A DNA stretch of 64,000 nucleotides. Source: Terracidiphilus sp. GTDB lineage: Bacteria; Acidobacteriota; Terriglobia; Terriglobales; Acidobacteriaceae. This document shows, piece by piece, positions 1-9,223 of this stretch. The stretch spans positions 4,345 to 68,344 of the forward strand of contig JBEKCA010000002.1 of NCBI GenBank assembly GCA_050015115.1, written 5' to 3'. A model generated the notes under the pieces. It saw only the letters and a program-made list of their open reading frames with translations. It ran no database searches and was not told the DNA's origin. Positions within the stretch are counted from its first letter, which is position 1. Each line of letters opens with the position of its first letter. The position numbers and the translations under genes were made by a program.

Positions 1-1991
1 ACCGTGCCCTCGGCGGCAGCCTCGGTATGTACTGTGACTCGCACAGGCAGGGTGCTGCCATCAAGCGGCAGGATGCGCGCCTCGGGCTCCATGCGCACGC
101 CGATTGCAGGCGTGACAACCAGCGGTTCGTACACGCCGCCCGGCCCTTGAACCCGCTGCATCGTCTGCACCACCTGACCGATGCGGATAGGCAGGCCGTC
201 GAAGGTAAACTCAGCCCACGCCTCTAACGGATAAGGCGAGAACGAGCGCAGGCGCAGTTCAGTATTTGTAATGTCATAGTAAGGCTGTTCGATGGAAGGC
301 CGCGTGAAGTATGGCTGGGTCGGCTCCGCATTATTAGCGGCATGGACATGGAAGATTGGATCGGCGGCCGGTGCCGCAGGGTCGATTGTGCCGGTTGTGT
401 TCTCGGTCTTCCATGGGTCGCCCGTGCGGCTTTCGAACCATACTCTTTCAAGGCGAGTCTCGGTGTTGGCCTGCGCGATGTGAACGCGAACCTTGAATTC
501 CTCGACCGGCGTCACGCTGCGAGGAGTTTCATCGGCCGAGCCGCCGCGGAATGGACCGCCGCTCTGAACGCTGTCGGCTTTGGTGGTGAAAGCGATGAGG
601 TCGAGGCCGAGCAGTTGCTTGAGCGCTGCCTGAATTTCGTTGATCTTGGCATCCAGTTCGAAGAGCAGGGATGCCTTGGACGACGCGTCGAGATCGCTGC
701 CGGCGACGCGAGAGCGGAGGGTGATGGTCTGCCGGTAAACCGATGCCAACGCATGCGCCGCAAGAAGCCGATCGGATTCGGCCGAGAGCGTCTTTCCCTT
801 GTGCTCTACACCTTCAATGCCGTCTGCGACCTGTTGGAGTTGATCGGGGAGCCATTGAGGCGGCGTTCCAGAGACGAGCCGCGCCAATCCCTGGATTCGG
901 GTGTTGACTCGTCCTTCGGCGTTGTAAAAGAGTCCGCCAGACTCCGTATAGACTCCGGCTGGGACGTTCGCCGCCGGACGGGCCACCCAAAGATGATAGC
1001 TCGTCGTCGCCGGACCGCTCAACGCCGGGTTTGCGCCGCCGTTTTGCGACTTCTGCTCGCCCCAGCCCTCGCGCGCGATCTGCGCGTAGCTGCGGCCAAG
1101 GACTGGATCCAGCGTGCCAACCGGCAGCGTCACATCGGTCGAGAGAGCGCCCTCGGTCCACTGGCCGGTCACATAGTTTTTGAATCGCGCCGGAGCCCAC
1201 TTGCCGGTCGCGTAGTCGAACATGCCCTTGTCGGTGATGGGCGCGAAAGGCACCATCGAGTAGACGGCAAGAGGTTGCCATGGCTGCAATCCATCCTTGA
1301 GCTGATCGGGAAAAACCGCCGGATCGCCTGCGGCTTTGAAAACTTCCTGCGCGATCTCGCCGGAGACCTGATGGTGGCCGTGCCCGTCTGTGACTCCGCC
1401 GACGAATGTGGTGACGATGATTTGCGGCCGCTCGCGGCGCACCGCCAATACGGCATCGTAGAGCACGCGCTCATGACCCCATTTTGCAAAAGATTCCTCT
1501 TGAGTTTTAGAAAAACCAAAGTCTGCCTCGGTGCCCCAAAGCTGCTTTGCACCGTAATACTCGTCAGCCTTTAAGAGTTCATTGGTGCGGATCAGTCCCA
1601 GAGCATCGTCGGCGTCGGCGCTCATGGCGTTTTGCCCGCCTTCGCCACGGTTCAACGTCAGCAAAATCGTGCGCACGCCAAGGCCGCGGCTCAGGTAGGT
1701 CAGCAAAGCGCCGTCTTCGTCATCGGGATGCGCGACAATCATCATCACGCTGGCGGTGGTCGAGAGACGCTTCAGCGTTTGTTCAAGAGCCGCCGCGCCG
1801 CGGTCTTCGGGCAAGGGCAGAGCGATGGCGCTGGGCTCGGAGAGAGGAAGAATGGGAAGGTCGCGGGTTTGCGACTGGGGTTGCGGCGCTGCCTGCTGCG
1901 CATTCAGGCTTAGCGCGCCAACCGCTGCCAGCATCAGCCCGGTCAGGGCAATGCTCATTGCTGCTCGTTCAACTCTCTCGCGAAAGATCAT
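1..1991 (-). CDS. PIG-L/LmbE family deacetylase, exported, large multidomain; runs off the left edge (partial)
   Basis: Not in the ORF track. Manual minus-strand translation from ATG at 1991 gives MIFRERVERAAMSIALTGLMLAAVGALSLNAQQ (signal-like), then SVMMIVAHPDDEDG, TLNRGEGGQN, DFGFSK and DGHGHHQVSG, which are PIG-L metal-binding motifs. Confidence 0.9.
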   Translation of the reverse strand, partial: MIFRERVERAAMSIALTGLMLAAVGALSLNAQQAAPQPQSQTRDLPILPLSEPSAIALPLPEDRGAAALEQTLKRLSTTASVMMIVAHPDDEDGALLTYLSRGLGVRTILLTLNRGEGGQNAMSADADDALGLIRTNELLKADEYYGAKQLWGTEADFGFSKTQEESFAKWGHERVLYDAVLAVRRERPQIIVTTFVGGVTDGHGHHQVSGEIAQEVFKAAGDPAVFPDQLKDGLQPWQPLAVYSMVPFAPITDKGMFDYATGKWAPARFKNYVTGQWTEGALSTDVTLPVGTLDPVLGRSYAQIAREGWGEQKSQNGGANPALSGPATTSYHLWVARPAANVPAGVYTESGGLFYNAEGRVNTRIQGLARLVSGTPPQWLPDQLQQVADGIEGVEHKGKTLSAESDRLLAAHALASVYRQTITLRSRVAGSDLDASSKASLLFELDAKINEIQAALKQLLGLDLIAFTTKADSVQSGGPFRGGSADETPRSVTPVEEFKVRVHIAQANTETRLERVWFESRTGDPWKTENTTGTIDPAAPAADPIFHVHAANNAEPTQPYFTRPSIEQPYYDITNTELRLRSFSPYPLEAWAEFTFDGLPIRIGQVVQTMQRVQGPGGVYEPLVVTPAIGVRMEPEARILPLDGSTLPVRVTVHTEAAAEGT

Positions 1992-2031
1992 ACCTGCCGT
2001 CAGTGTACAATCCGGGGAGCGAAAGAGCCTC

Positions 2032-3480
2032 ATGCAGCCTGCGGCATCCACCTCCGAAAGCACCCTTCAGCGCCACATCGGCCTGCGCTCGGCGGTCGCC
2101 TTCAACATGCTGGAGATGATCGGCGTCGGCCCCTTCATTACGCTGCCGCTGGTGATCGCCGCGGCGGGCTATCGGCTTTCGGTGTGGGCGTGGGTGCTGG
2201 GCGCGGCCATCGCCGTCGCGGACGGGCTGGTCTGGGCCGAACTGGGCGCGGCCTTCCCCAGGGCCGGCGGCTCTTATGCTTTTCTGCGCGAGATCTACGG
2301 GCCCGAGCGCGCCGGAAAATGGTTGAGCTTCCTCTACGTCTGGCAGGTCAGCTTCACTGCGCCGCTGGCGGTTGCCTCGGGCTGCATCGGGCTTTCGAGC
2401 TTTCTGGCCTGGTTCTGGCCGGGGCTCGATGCCGCACCGATTGCAGCACTGCCCGCGCTACACTTTTCGAACTTCGCCGCCGCCGCCACATGCCTCCTGG
2501 TCACAGCGCTGCTCTATCGGAATCTGAGTTCGGTCACGCGGCTGGCCTGGGTACTCTTTGCGGGAGTGCTGGCGGCCATCGCCGGGGTGATCGTCTCCGG
2601 CTTTGCCCATGCGGCTGCGACTGGCGGCTGGCAGATGCCTGCCGAACCAGCGATGTCATTCCCCACTGCGCTGGGCGGGCTGGCGCAAGCTACGCTGCTG
2701 ACGACCTATTGCTATTGGGGCTACTACAACATCGCTTTCCTGGGCGGCGAGGTGCGCAGGCCTGAGCGCACGATCCCGCGCGCCATTCTGCTCTCGTTGC
2801 TCTTTGTCGCTGCTTTCTACATAGCCATGGACCTGGCCGCGCTGCCGTCAATGCACGACATGGCGCACGATGCGGCATCGCATGTTACCGCCGGAGCAGC
2901 GGTTCGGCTACAACTGGTGGCCGACATCGCCAGATCGGCCTTTGGCAGCGTGGCCGGCCGGCTAATGGCCGCGCTGATCGTCTGGACGGCCTTCGGATCG
3001 ATCTTCTCGCTGCTCCTGGGCTACTCTCGCGTGCCTTACGCCGCCGCGCGCGATGGCAATTACTTCCGGTTTCTCGCCGCCGTCCATCCGAAACACGGCA
3101 TTCCTCACCGGTCGCTGGTGACACTTGGGTTGGTGGCCACTGCCTTCTGTTTATTCTCACTGGCGCAGGTGATCACCATGCTGGTCGTCACGCGGATCCT
3201 GATACAGTTCTTTTTGCAACATGTGGGTGTAATGCTGCTGCGGGCACAGAGGCCGGAGTTGCCGCGCCCCTTCAGGATTCCGCTCTATCCGCTGCCCCCG
3301 CTGGCGGCGATGGCGGGTTTCATCTTCATGCTGGTCAACCGCAGCCATGCGCTGGGCGGGCTGGGTATGGCTGCTGGGATTGCCGCATCGGGCACTCTGA
3401 TCTACCTGATTCGCGCACGACGGATGGGGCAGTGGCCGTTTGTCTCCGCAAATAGCCACTCCGATTCGCTGAATTCCTGA
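2032..3480 (+). CDS. APC-family amino acid permease
   Basis: NMLEMIGVGPF, WAELGAAFPRAGGSY, GEVRRPERTIP motifs and about 12 hydrophobic segments. Start chosen at ATG 2032 because the longer ORF overlaps the divergent gene. Confidence 0.9.
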   Translation: MQPAASTSESTLQRHIGLRSAVAFNMLEMIGVGPFITLPLVIAAAGYRLSVWAWVLGAAIAVADGLVWAELGAAFPRAGGSYAFLREIYGPERAGKWLSFLYVWQVSFTAPLAVASGCIGLSSFLAWFWPGLDAAPIAALPALHFSNFAAAATCLLVTALLYRNLSSVTRLAWVLFAGVLAAIAGVIVSGFAHAAATGGWQMPAEPAMSFPTALGGLAQATLLTTYCYWGYYNIAFLGGEVRRPERTIPRAILLSLLFVAAFYIAMDLAALPSMHDMAHDAASHVTAGAAVRLQLVADIARSAFGSVAGRLMAALIVWTAFGSIFSLLLGYSRVPYAAARDGNYFRFLAAVHPKHGIPHRSLVTLGLVATAFCLFSLAQVITMLVVTRILIQFFLQHVGVMLLRAQRPELPRPFRIPLYPLPPLAAMAGFIFMLVNRSHALGGLGMAAGIAASGTLIYLIRARRMGQWPFVSANSHSDSLNS

Positions 3481-3543
3481 AACGTCCCGCCCCGCAACCG
3501 TGTCTAATAGTTGCAATCCGCGCTTTCCATGCGAGGTCATCCC

Positions 3544-4536
3544 ATGCTCATCGGCAAACCGCCCGATATTCCCTCATCTGAGATAACATCCCGAGACGAT
3601 TACAACTCGTATCTCAATCGCCGCCGCTTTCTGCGATCGGCCGCCTCAACCGCAGTTGCCGCAGGCGCAGCCGCAGTGGGCGCTGAGCGACTGGCTGAGC
3701 TCTTTTCTCCAAATGTCGTGGCACGGGCAGGCACAAAGCTCGAAACAGTGAAAAGCCCCCTGACCACCACCGGCGAGCAGTTGACCAGCTTCGAGGACAT
3801 CACCCACTACAACAACTTCTACGAGTTTGGCGTGGACAAGGATCAACCCGCAAAGAACGCAGGCGTGCTGCCGACTCGGCCGTGGACGGTCAAGGTCGAG
3901 GGCAAGGTCAAGCAGCCGAAGACGTTTGATATTGAAGCGCTGCTGAAGCTGCGCCCGCTCGAAGACCGCGTCTATCGCCATCGCTGCGTCGAGGCGTGGA
4001 GCATGGTCATTCCCTGGGTGGGCTACTCGCTCTCGGAGTTCATCAAGCAGTGCGACCCGCTGCCCAGCGCAAAGTTTGTGCAGTTCCTCTCCTACTACGA
4101 CCGCAAGGTGGAGAAGTGGGCGACTGACGCTTCGTTTTACTCGGCCTACTCCGAAGGCCTGAGGATGGATGAGGCGATGAACCCGCTCACCCTGCTGACA
4201 TTCGGTCTCTACGGCGAGGTGCTGCCCAATCAGGACGGCGCGCCTATCCGCGTTGTGGTGCCGTGGAAGTACGGCTTCAAATCGGCCAAGTCGATCGTGA
4301 CGGTTCGCTTCCTCGATCGCCAGCCTCCGACGACATGGAACAACATGGGGCCTTCCGAGTATGGCTTCTACTCAAACGTCAATCCCAATGTCGACCATCC
4401 GCGCTGGAGCCAGAAGACCGAGCGCCGCATCGGGCTTCCCTTCTATGCGCAGCGCCGCGCCACGCTGATGTTCAACGGCTATGGCGACCAGGTCGCCTCG
4501 CTTTACAACGGCATGAATCTTAAGAGAGACTACTGA
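3544..4536 (+). CDS. msrP: Protein-methionine-sulfoxide reductase catalytic subunit MsrP
   Basis: Tat motif RRRFLR; [49 protein letters not shown]. Confidence 0.95.
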   Translation: MLIGKPPDIPSSEITSRDDYNSYLNRRRFLRSAASTAVAAGAAAVGAERLAELFSPNVVARAGTKLETVKSPLTTTGEQLTSFEDITHYNNFYEFGVDKDQPAKNAGVLPTRPWTVKVEGKVKQPKTFDIEALLKLRPLEDRVYRHRCVEAWSMVIPWVGYSLSEFIKQCDPLPSAKFVQFLSYYDRKVEKWATDASFYSAYSEGLRMDEAMNPLTLLTFGLYGEVLPNQDGAPIRVVVPWKYGFKSAKSIVTVRFLDRQPPTTWNNMGPSEYGFYSNVNPNVDHPRWSQKTERRIGLPFYAQRRATLMFNGYGDQVASLYNGMNLKRDY

Positions 4537-4696
4537 GCGGAGTTAGCTCGGTTAGCGGAGTTGGCGGAGTTAGTTAGTATCGTGAGCCGCAGGCCGATCA
4601 AGCAACATGTCAGGAGATTTCAGTTTAGGCAAACTGGGAAGGCCGAGAATTCGCGCACTAACTCCGCTAACCGCGCTAACGCCGCTAACTCCGCTC
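4535..4696. repeat. ~40-bp imperfect inverted repeat built from four 9-mers (GCGGAGTTA-like) on each arm, ~82-bp spacer
   Basis: Left arm GA-GCGGAGTTA-GCTCGGTTA-GCGGAGTTG-GCGGAGTTA-GT (4535-4574); right arm AC-TAACTCCGC-TAACCGCGC-TAACGCCGC-TAACTCCGC-TC (4657-4696). Confidence 0.9.
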
Positions 4697-4707
4697 GAAA
4701 GAGACCC

Positions 4708-5337
4708 ATGAAACGATCGACGCTCATCGCGCTGAAATCTCTCACCTGGCTGGCCTGCTTGTGGCCGCTGGGACAGTTATTGTGGGGCGCCGCGACCAAC
4801 AATCTGGGCGCGGACCCTACAGCCACGATTACCTTTTCAACCGGCCTCGCAACGCTACGCCTGCTGATCATTTCGCTGGCTATTACGCCGGTTCGCCGCT
4901 TGATCCCCCAGCTGACATGGCTGATCAAGTTCCGCCGCTTGCTGGGCCTCTTCGCTTTTTTCTATGCCACCCTGCATCTGATGACTTATATCGCTCTTTA
5001 CGCCGGCTTCGACATCAACACCATGGCCGCCGATATCGCCAAGCGCCGCTTCATCACCATGGGCGTTGCCGCGTGGCTCCTGCTCTTGCCGCTCGCGGCT
5101 ACATCGACCAACTGGGCCATCCGCAAACTGGGCGGAAAACGCTGGAACCGGCTGCACAAGCTGGTCTATGTGGCCGCTGTCTGCGGAGTGATTCACTACT
5201 GGTGGCAGGTCAAGCCCGGTGTCCTCAAGCCGTTGAACATCACGGTGATTCTGGCGGTCTTGCTCCTGTCGCGGCCGGCGTGGAGCTTGTGGCAGAAGCG
5301 GCTGCAGAGTGTGAGGGCTGCGCGGCCTGCCGATTGA
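4708..5337 (+). CDS. msrQ: Heme-binding membrane subunit MsrQ (ferric reductase-like)
   Basis: RRLLGLFAFFYATLH, WNRLHKLVY, IHYWW; directly downstream of msrP. Confidence 0.93.
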   Translation: MKRSTLIALKSLTWLACLWPLGQLLWGAATNNLGADPTATITFSTGLATLRLLIISLAITPVRRLIPQLTWLIKFRRLLGLFAFFYATLHLMTYIALYAGFDINTMAADIAKRRFITMGVAAWLLLLPLAATSTNWAIRKLGGKRWNRLHKLVYVAAVCGVIHYWWQVKPGVLKPLNITVILAVLLLSRPAWSLWQKRLQSVRAARPAD

Positions 5338-5353
5338 ATCCGGACAGGACGAA

Positions 5354-6517
5354 TCAGGGCGCAGCGGGCTGGGCGGGTGGTGCTGGGGTCAGTGAGACCA
5401 GGAGATCGTCCAGATCGTTTTCAACCGTCAGCGGGATCTCTTTGTCTGCGTAGAGGACGGCCTTCGACTTGGGTGGCGCAGGGTCGGAGTTGCCTGCGTT
5501 GCGTACGGCATTAGGCTGCTCCATGTCCTCCGCTCCGGTGACTTGAAGGATGTACTTGCCTTCGGGGACGTACTCGAAGGTAAACTCCCCATCGTTAGGG
5601 GAAAGCTCTCTCGCCTCCTCGCGATCGTCCGCGTAGAGCAGCCGGACCTTCGCATGAGCGGGCGTGTGGCCGTCGGCAAGGACCGACACCGTTCCTGAGA
5701 CGGTATGCAACCCAGAGAGGGGGATCACGATGTCCACGCCATTCACGGTCTCTCCTGCCGCCAGTTTGGTGATCTTGGCATCCTTCCTGCGAAACGTGTC
5801 TCCAAGACAGATAGCTGGTGCAGCGCCTTCGTTTTCCACGGGCATCGAAGCGCAGACCTTGTACTCGCCTTCTGGCAGATTGGTGAGACTATAGTGGCCG
5901 TGTCCATCGCTCTTTGAATCGATCGACCAGCCCTTGAAGAGCGCTAGGCCGACGCCGCTCCATTCGCTCTTTTCGGCCTTGCGAAGAAGCAGGAAGTGCA
6001 TCCCAATGGCCGGGCTGCCATCGTCATAGGTGACCAACCCGTTGATCTCCGCGCCTCGCTCGATCTGGATCGTCAACTCGGCGGTGCGATGCCTGGTGAC
6101 GGTCACTTCGACCAGGTGAGCCTTCCACTGGTCGAGAGCTTTGAGGCTCATCTCAGTTTCATCCTGTATTGCTGAGAGCCGGGCAAGATCGATGCCGCGC
6201 TCCGGGTCGAGGTAGCCCTCCATCGTCGCCAACGCGAGGTATTGGCCGGGGTCGACGGCCTCAAGCTTGAAGCGGCCGTCGAGATCTGTCAGGGTGTTCT
6301 CCATGGCGGGAGTTTGGTCGTCAGCCTTGGCGTCCTTTTTGGGAACCGCGAGAAGATTGACGGTGGCAAAACGCGCCGGTTTGCCGGTGTCCGCACAGAT
6401 CACAACGCCGGTGACCGCACCCTTGGTTGCGTCGGGCTTCTTGGCCGGGTGCTTGTCGCAGCCGCCCGCGAAAAGGCAGAAACACGCAGGAATCCACAGC
6501 CAACGCCAACGCGCCAT
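5354..6517 (-). CDS. Putative lipoprotein with carboxypeptidase-regulatory-like beta-sandwich repeats
   Basis: N-terminal hydrophobic stretch ending FAGGC (lipobox-like); repeated TDLDGRF..V.PG.Y / SDGHGHY..L.EG.Y / DGEF.F..V.EG.Y motifs. Confidence 0.7.
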   Translation of the reverse strand: MARWRWLWIPACFCLFAGGCDKHPAKKPDATKGAVTGVVICADTGKPARFATVNLLAVPKKDAKADDQTPAMENTLTDLDGRFKLEAVDPGQYLALATMEGYLDPERGIDLARLSAIQDETEMSLKALDQWKAHLVEVTVTRHRTAELTIQIERGAEINGLVTYDDGSPAIGMHFLLLRKAEKSEWSGVGLALFKGWSIDSKSDGHGHYSLTNLPEGEYKVCASMPVENEGAAPAICLGDTFRRKDAKITKLAAGETVNGVDIVIPLSGLHTVSGTVSVLADGHTPAHAKVRLLYADDREEARELSPNDGEFTFEYVPEGKYILQVTGAEDMEQPNAVRNAGNSDPAPPKSKAVLYADKEIPLTVENDLDDLLVSLTPAPPAQPAAP

Positions 6518-6536
6518 CGCAAGCCTCCACTGCTTT

Positions 6537-7172
6537 TCAGAACTCAGGGAATTGTAACGCAGCCTGCGCCACCGGGTGATAGCTCTTGCGGTGCAGCGGC
6601 GTTGGCCCGAGGCGCTCCAGCGCTGCCAGATGCTCCGGGCATGGATAGCCCTTGTGCTGCGCCAGGCCGTAGCCGGGATACACGCTGTCTAATTCCATCA
6701 GCAATGTATCGCGATGGACTTTGGCGATCACAGAGGCGGCGGCGATGGAGAAGCTGATTCCGTCGCCATGAATCACGGCCTGCTGCGGGCAATCCCACTC
6801 GATCGTGTCGCGGCCGTCGATGAGCAGAAAGTCGGGGCTGAGGGTGAGCTGCTCGACAGCGAGGCGCATCGCCAACAGCGATGCCCGGCGAATGTTGATG
6901 CGGTCGATCGCCTCGGCATCGACGGCAGAGATGGCCCAACAGAGAGCGTTGGCGCGAATCTCCAGGTCAAGTTCGGTGCGTATCTTCGGAGTGAGCTTCT
7001 TTGAGTCGTCGAGTCCTTGCAGGCGAAAGCCCAAGGGGAGAATGACTGCCGCGGCGACAACCGGTCCGAAAAGCGGCCCGCGGCCTACCTCGTCCAGTCC
7101 GGCAATGCGCAACGCCCCGCGCCTGCGCGCGGCTCTTTCCAGCGTCCATCCGCAAACCGGAGTCTTACTCAC
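6537..7172 (-). CDS. rnhB: Ribonuclease HII
   Basis: IAGLDEVGRGPLFGPV, DDSKKL, SIAAASVIAKV, HKGY, HRKSY; GTG start at 7172 is a best guess. Confidence 0.95.
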   Translation of the reverse strand: MSKTPVCGWTLERAARRRGALRIAGLDEVGRGPLFGPVVAAAVILPLGFRLQGLDDSKKLTPKIRTELDLEIRANALCWAISAVDAEAIDRINIRRASLLAMRLAVEQLTLSPDFLLIDGRDTIEWDCPQQAVIHGDGISFSIAAASVIAKVHRDTLLMELDSVYPGYGLAQHKGYPCPEHLAALERLGPTPLHRKSYHPVAQAALQFPEF

Positions 7173-7280
7173 ATCTTCAGTATAGGAAACTGGCTGGCCC
7201 GCCGGTTGAGAATTCTCTTCTAATTGCCCTCCCCCCGCCCCGCTGGGGTACTCTGATTTATCAGGAGTCTCACACCGAAG

Positions 7281-9209
7281 ATGCTCAATCCGCACCGTTT
7301 TCCAGTCGCCGCTCTGGCAGTTTTTGCTCTTGCCCTCCCCCTGATCCGCGCCCAGCAACCATCACCTGAGACGCCTAAAGAAGACTACGTCCGCTCCCAC
7401 TACACCAAGTACGAATTCCGCATTCCGATGCGCGACGGCAAACAGCTCTTCACGGCCGTCTACGTACCCAAGGATGCCGCGGGCGGCCCGTACCCGTTTC
7501 TGCTGAATCGCACCCCTTACGATGTCGGCCCCTACGGCGAGGACCAGTATCCTAAGCATCTCGGCCCGGCGGATGAATTTGAAAAGAGCGGCTACATCTT
7601 CGTCTACCAGGATGTGCGCGGGCGTTGGATGAGCGAAGGCGAATTTGTCGAGATGCGGCCCCACATCGATAAGAAGAGGTCGTCGAACGATGTGGACGAT
7701 TCCTCCGACACCTTCGACACGATCGAATTCCTGCTCAAGCATGTGCCCAACAACAACGGCAAGGCGGGGATCTGGGGAATCTCCTATCCGGGCTTCTACA
7801 CTTCAGCCTCGATCATCGACTCGCACCCGGCGCTGGTCGCCGCCAGCCCGCAGGCTCCGATGACCGACTTGTTTCTCGGCGACGACGCGTATCACAACGG
7901 GGCGTTCATGCTCTCGGCCAACTTCGAGTTCTACGCGCCCTTCTTTCATCCGCAGGACGGGCCGCAGACGCCCAAGCCCACCGTGCCCTTCGACTTTGGC
8001 ACGCCGGATAGCTACCAGTTTTATCTCCAGGCAGGCAATATCGCCAACCTCGACAAGCTTTATCTGAAAGGCTCCAACTGGCTCTTCAACGATCAGGCCA
8101 AGCACGACACCTATGACGATTACTGGCAGGCGCGGGACCTGGAGCGGCACATGAAGAATGTGCATTGCGCGGTGCTGGTCGTGGGCGGCTGGTTTGATGC
8201 CGAGGACCTGAGCGGCCCCCTCAAGACTTTCTATGCAATCAACAAATTCAACCCGGAGACACCGACAACTTTGGTTGAAGGCCCGTGGGTGCATGGCGGC
8301 TGGGCGCGCGGCGATGGCAGCCGCCTCGGCGATGTCGAGTTCAACTCGAAGACCAGCGAGTTCTTTCGCGACCATGTGCAGTTCCCGTTCTTCGAGCACT
8401 ATCTCAAAGGCAAGGGCGCAACGCAGCCCAAGGCAGTGGTTTTTGAGACAGGGACTGACGTCTGGCGCAATTTTGACACATGGCCGCCCAAGGGTGAAGT
8501 GGCAAAGACGCTCTACTTTCGTGCCGGTGGCAAGCTGAGCTTCGATCCGCCGACAGAGGAGCAAGGCGTAGACGAGTATCTCAGCGACCCGAACCATCCA
8601 GTGCCTTTCGTGGGCTATACGACCGACACTGTTCCGCAGCGCTACATGGTGGACGATCAACGCTTCGCCAGCTACCGGCCCGATGTGCTGGTCTACGAAA
8701 CGGAGCCGCTCAAAGAGGATGTGACTATCGCCGGGCCGATCTCGCCCCGGCTCAAGATCGCCAGTTCCGGAACCGACTCGGACTTCGACGTGAAGTTGAT
8801 CGATGTTTATCCCGAGAATTATCCCGATCCGGAGGATACATCGCACGGCAACAAGCGCATCCTGGACGCGCCGCCTATCCACATGGGCGGCTATCAACAA
8901 CTGCTGCGCGGGGAACCCTTCCGGGCGAAGTTCCGCAACAGTTGGGAGAAGCCGGAGCCGCTGACGCCGGGCAAAGAGGCGGACATTAACTTCACCATGC
9001 CCGATCTCTTCCACACCTTCCGCCGCGGCCACCGTATCATGGTGCAGGTCGAGAGTTCCTGGTTCCCGTTGACCGATCGCAATCCGCAGACCTTTACCGA
9101 CATTCCCAACGCCCGGCCGGAGGAGTTCCAGAAGGCCACCGAGCAGGTCTTCCGCCAGAAAAGTGCAGCCAGCGGCGTCGAGGTGCTTGTTATGCCTTTT
9201 ATCCGATAG
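7281..9209 (+). CDS. CocE/NonD family hydrolase (alpha-amino acid ester hydrolase-like, peptidase S15)
   Basis: Signal peptide; IPMRDG, RTPY, QDVRGR, GISYPG nucleophile motif, GPWVHG. Confidence 0.93.
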   Translation: MLNPHRFPVAALAVFALALPLIRAQQPSPETPKEDYVRSHYTKYEFRIPMRDGKQLFTAVYVPKDAAGGPYPFLLNRTPYDVGPYGEDQYPKHLGPADEFEKSGYIFVYQDVRGRWMSEGEFVEMRPHIDKKRSSNDVDDSSDTFDTIEFLLKHVPNNNGKAGIWGISYPGFYTSASIIDSHPALVAASPQAPMTDLFLGDDAYHNGAFMLSANFEFYAPFFHPQDGPQTPKPTVPFDFGTPDSYQFYLQAGNIANLDKLYLKGSNWLFNDQAKHDTYDDYWQARDLERHMKNVHCAVLVVGGWFDAEDLSGPLKTFYAINKFNPETPTTLVEGPWVHGGWARGDGSRLGDVEFNSKTSEFFRDHVQFPFFEHYLKGKGATQPKAVVFETGTDVWRNFDTWPPKGEVAKTLYFRAGGKLSFDPPTEEQGVDEYLSDPNHPVPFVGYTTDTVPQRYMVDDQRFASYRPDVLVYETEPLKEDVTIAGPISPRLKIASSGTDSDFDVKLIDVYPENYPDPEDTSHGNKRILDAPPIHMGGYQQLLRGEPFRAKFRNSWEKPEPLTPGKEADINFTMPDLFHTFRRGHRIMVQVESSWFPLTDRNPQTFTDIPNARPEEFQKATEQVFRQKSAASGVEVLVMPFIR

Positions 9210-9223
9210 ATGACGTCTAACCC

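Noticed and set aside
342-1574. 410-aa plus-strand ORF
   Set aside because: Antisense shadow of the PIG-L deacetylase; Arg-rich with no motifs.
4561-4707. N-terminal extension of MsrQ (NSANRANAANSA)
   Set aside because: It is the translation of the 9-mer repeat; MsrQ homology begins at ATG 4708.
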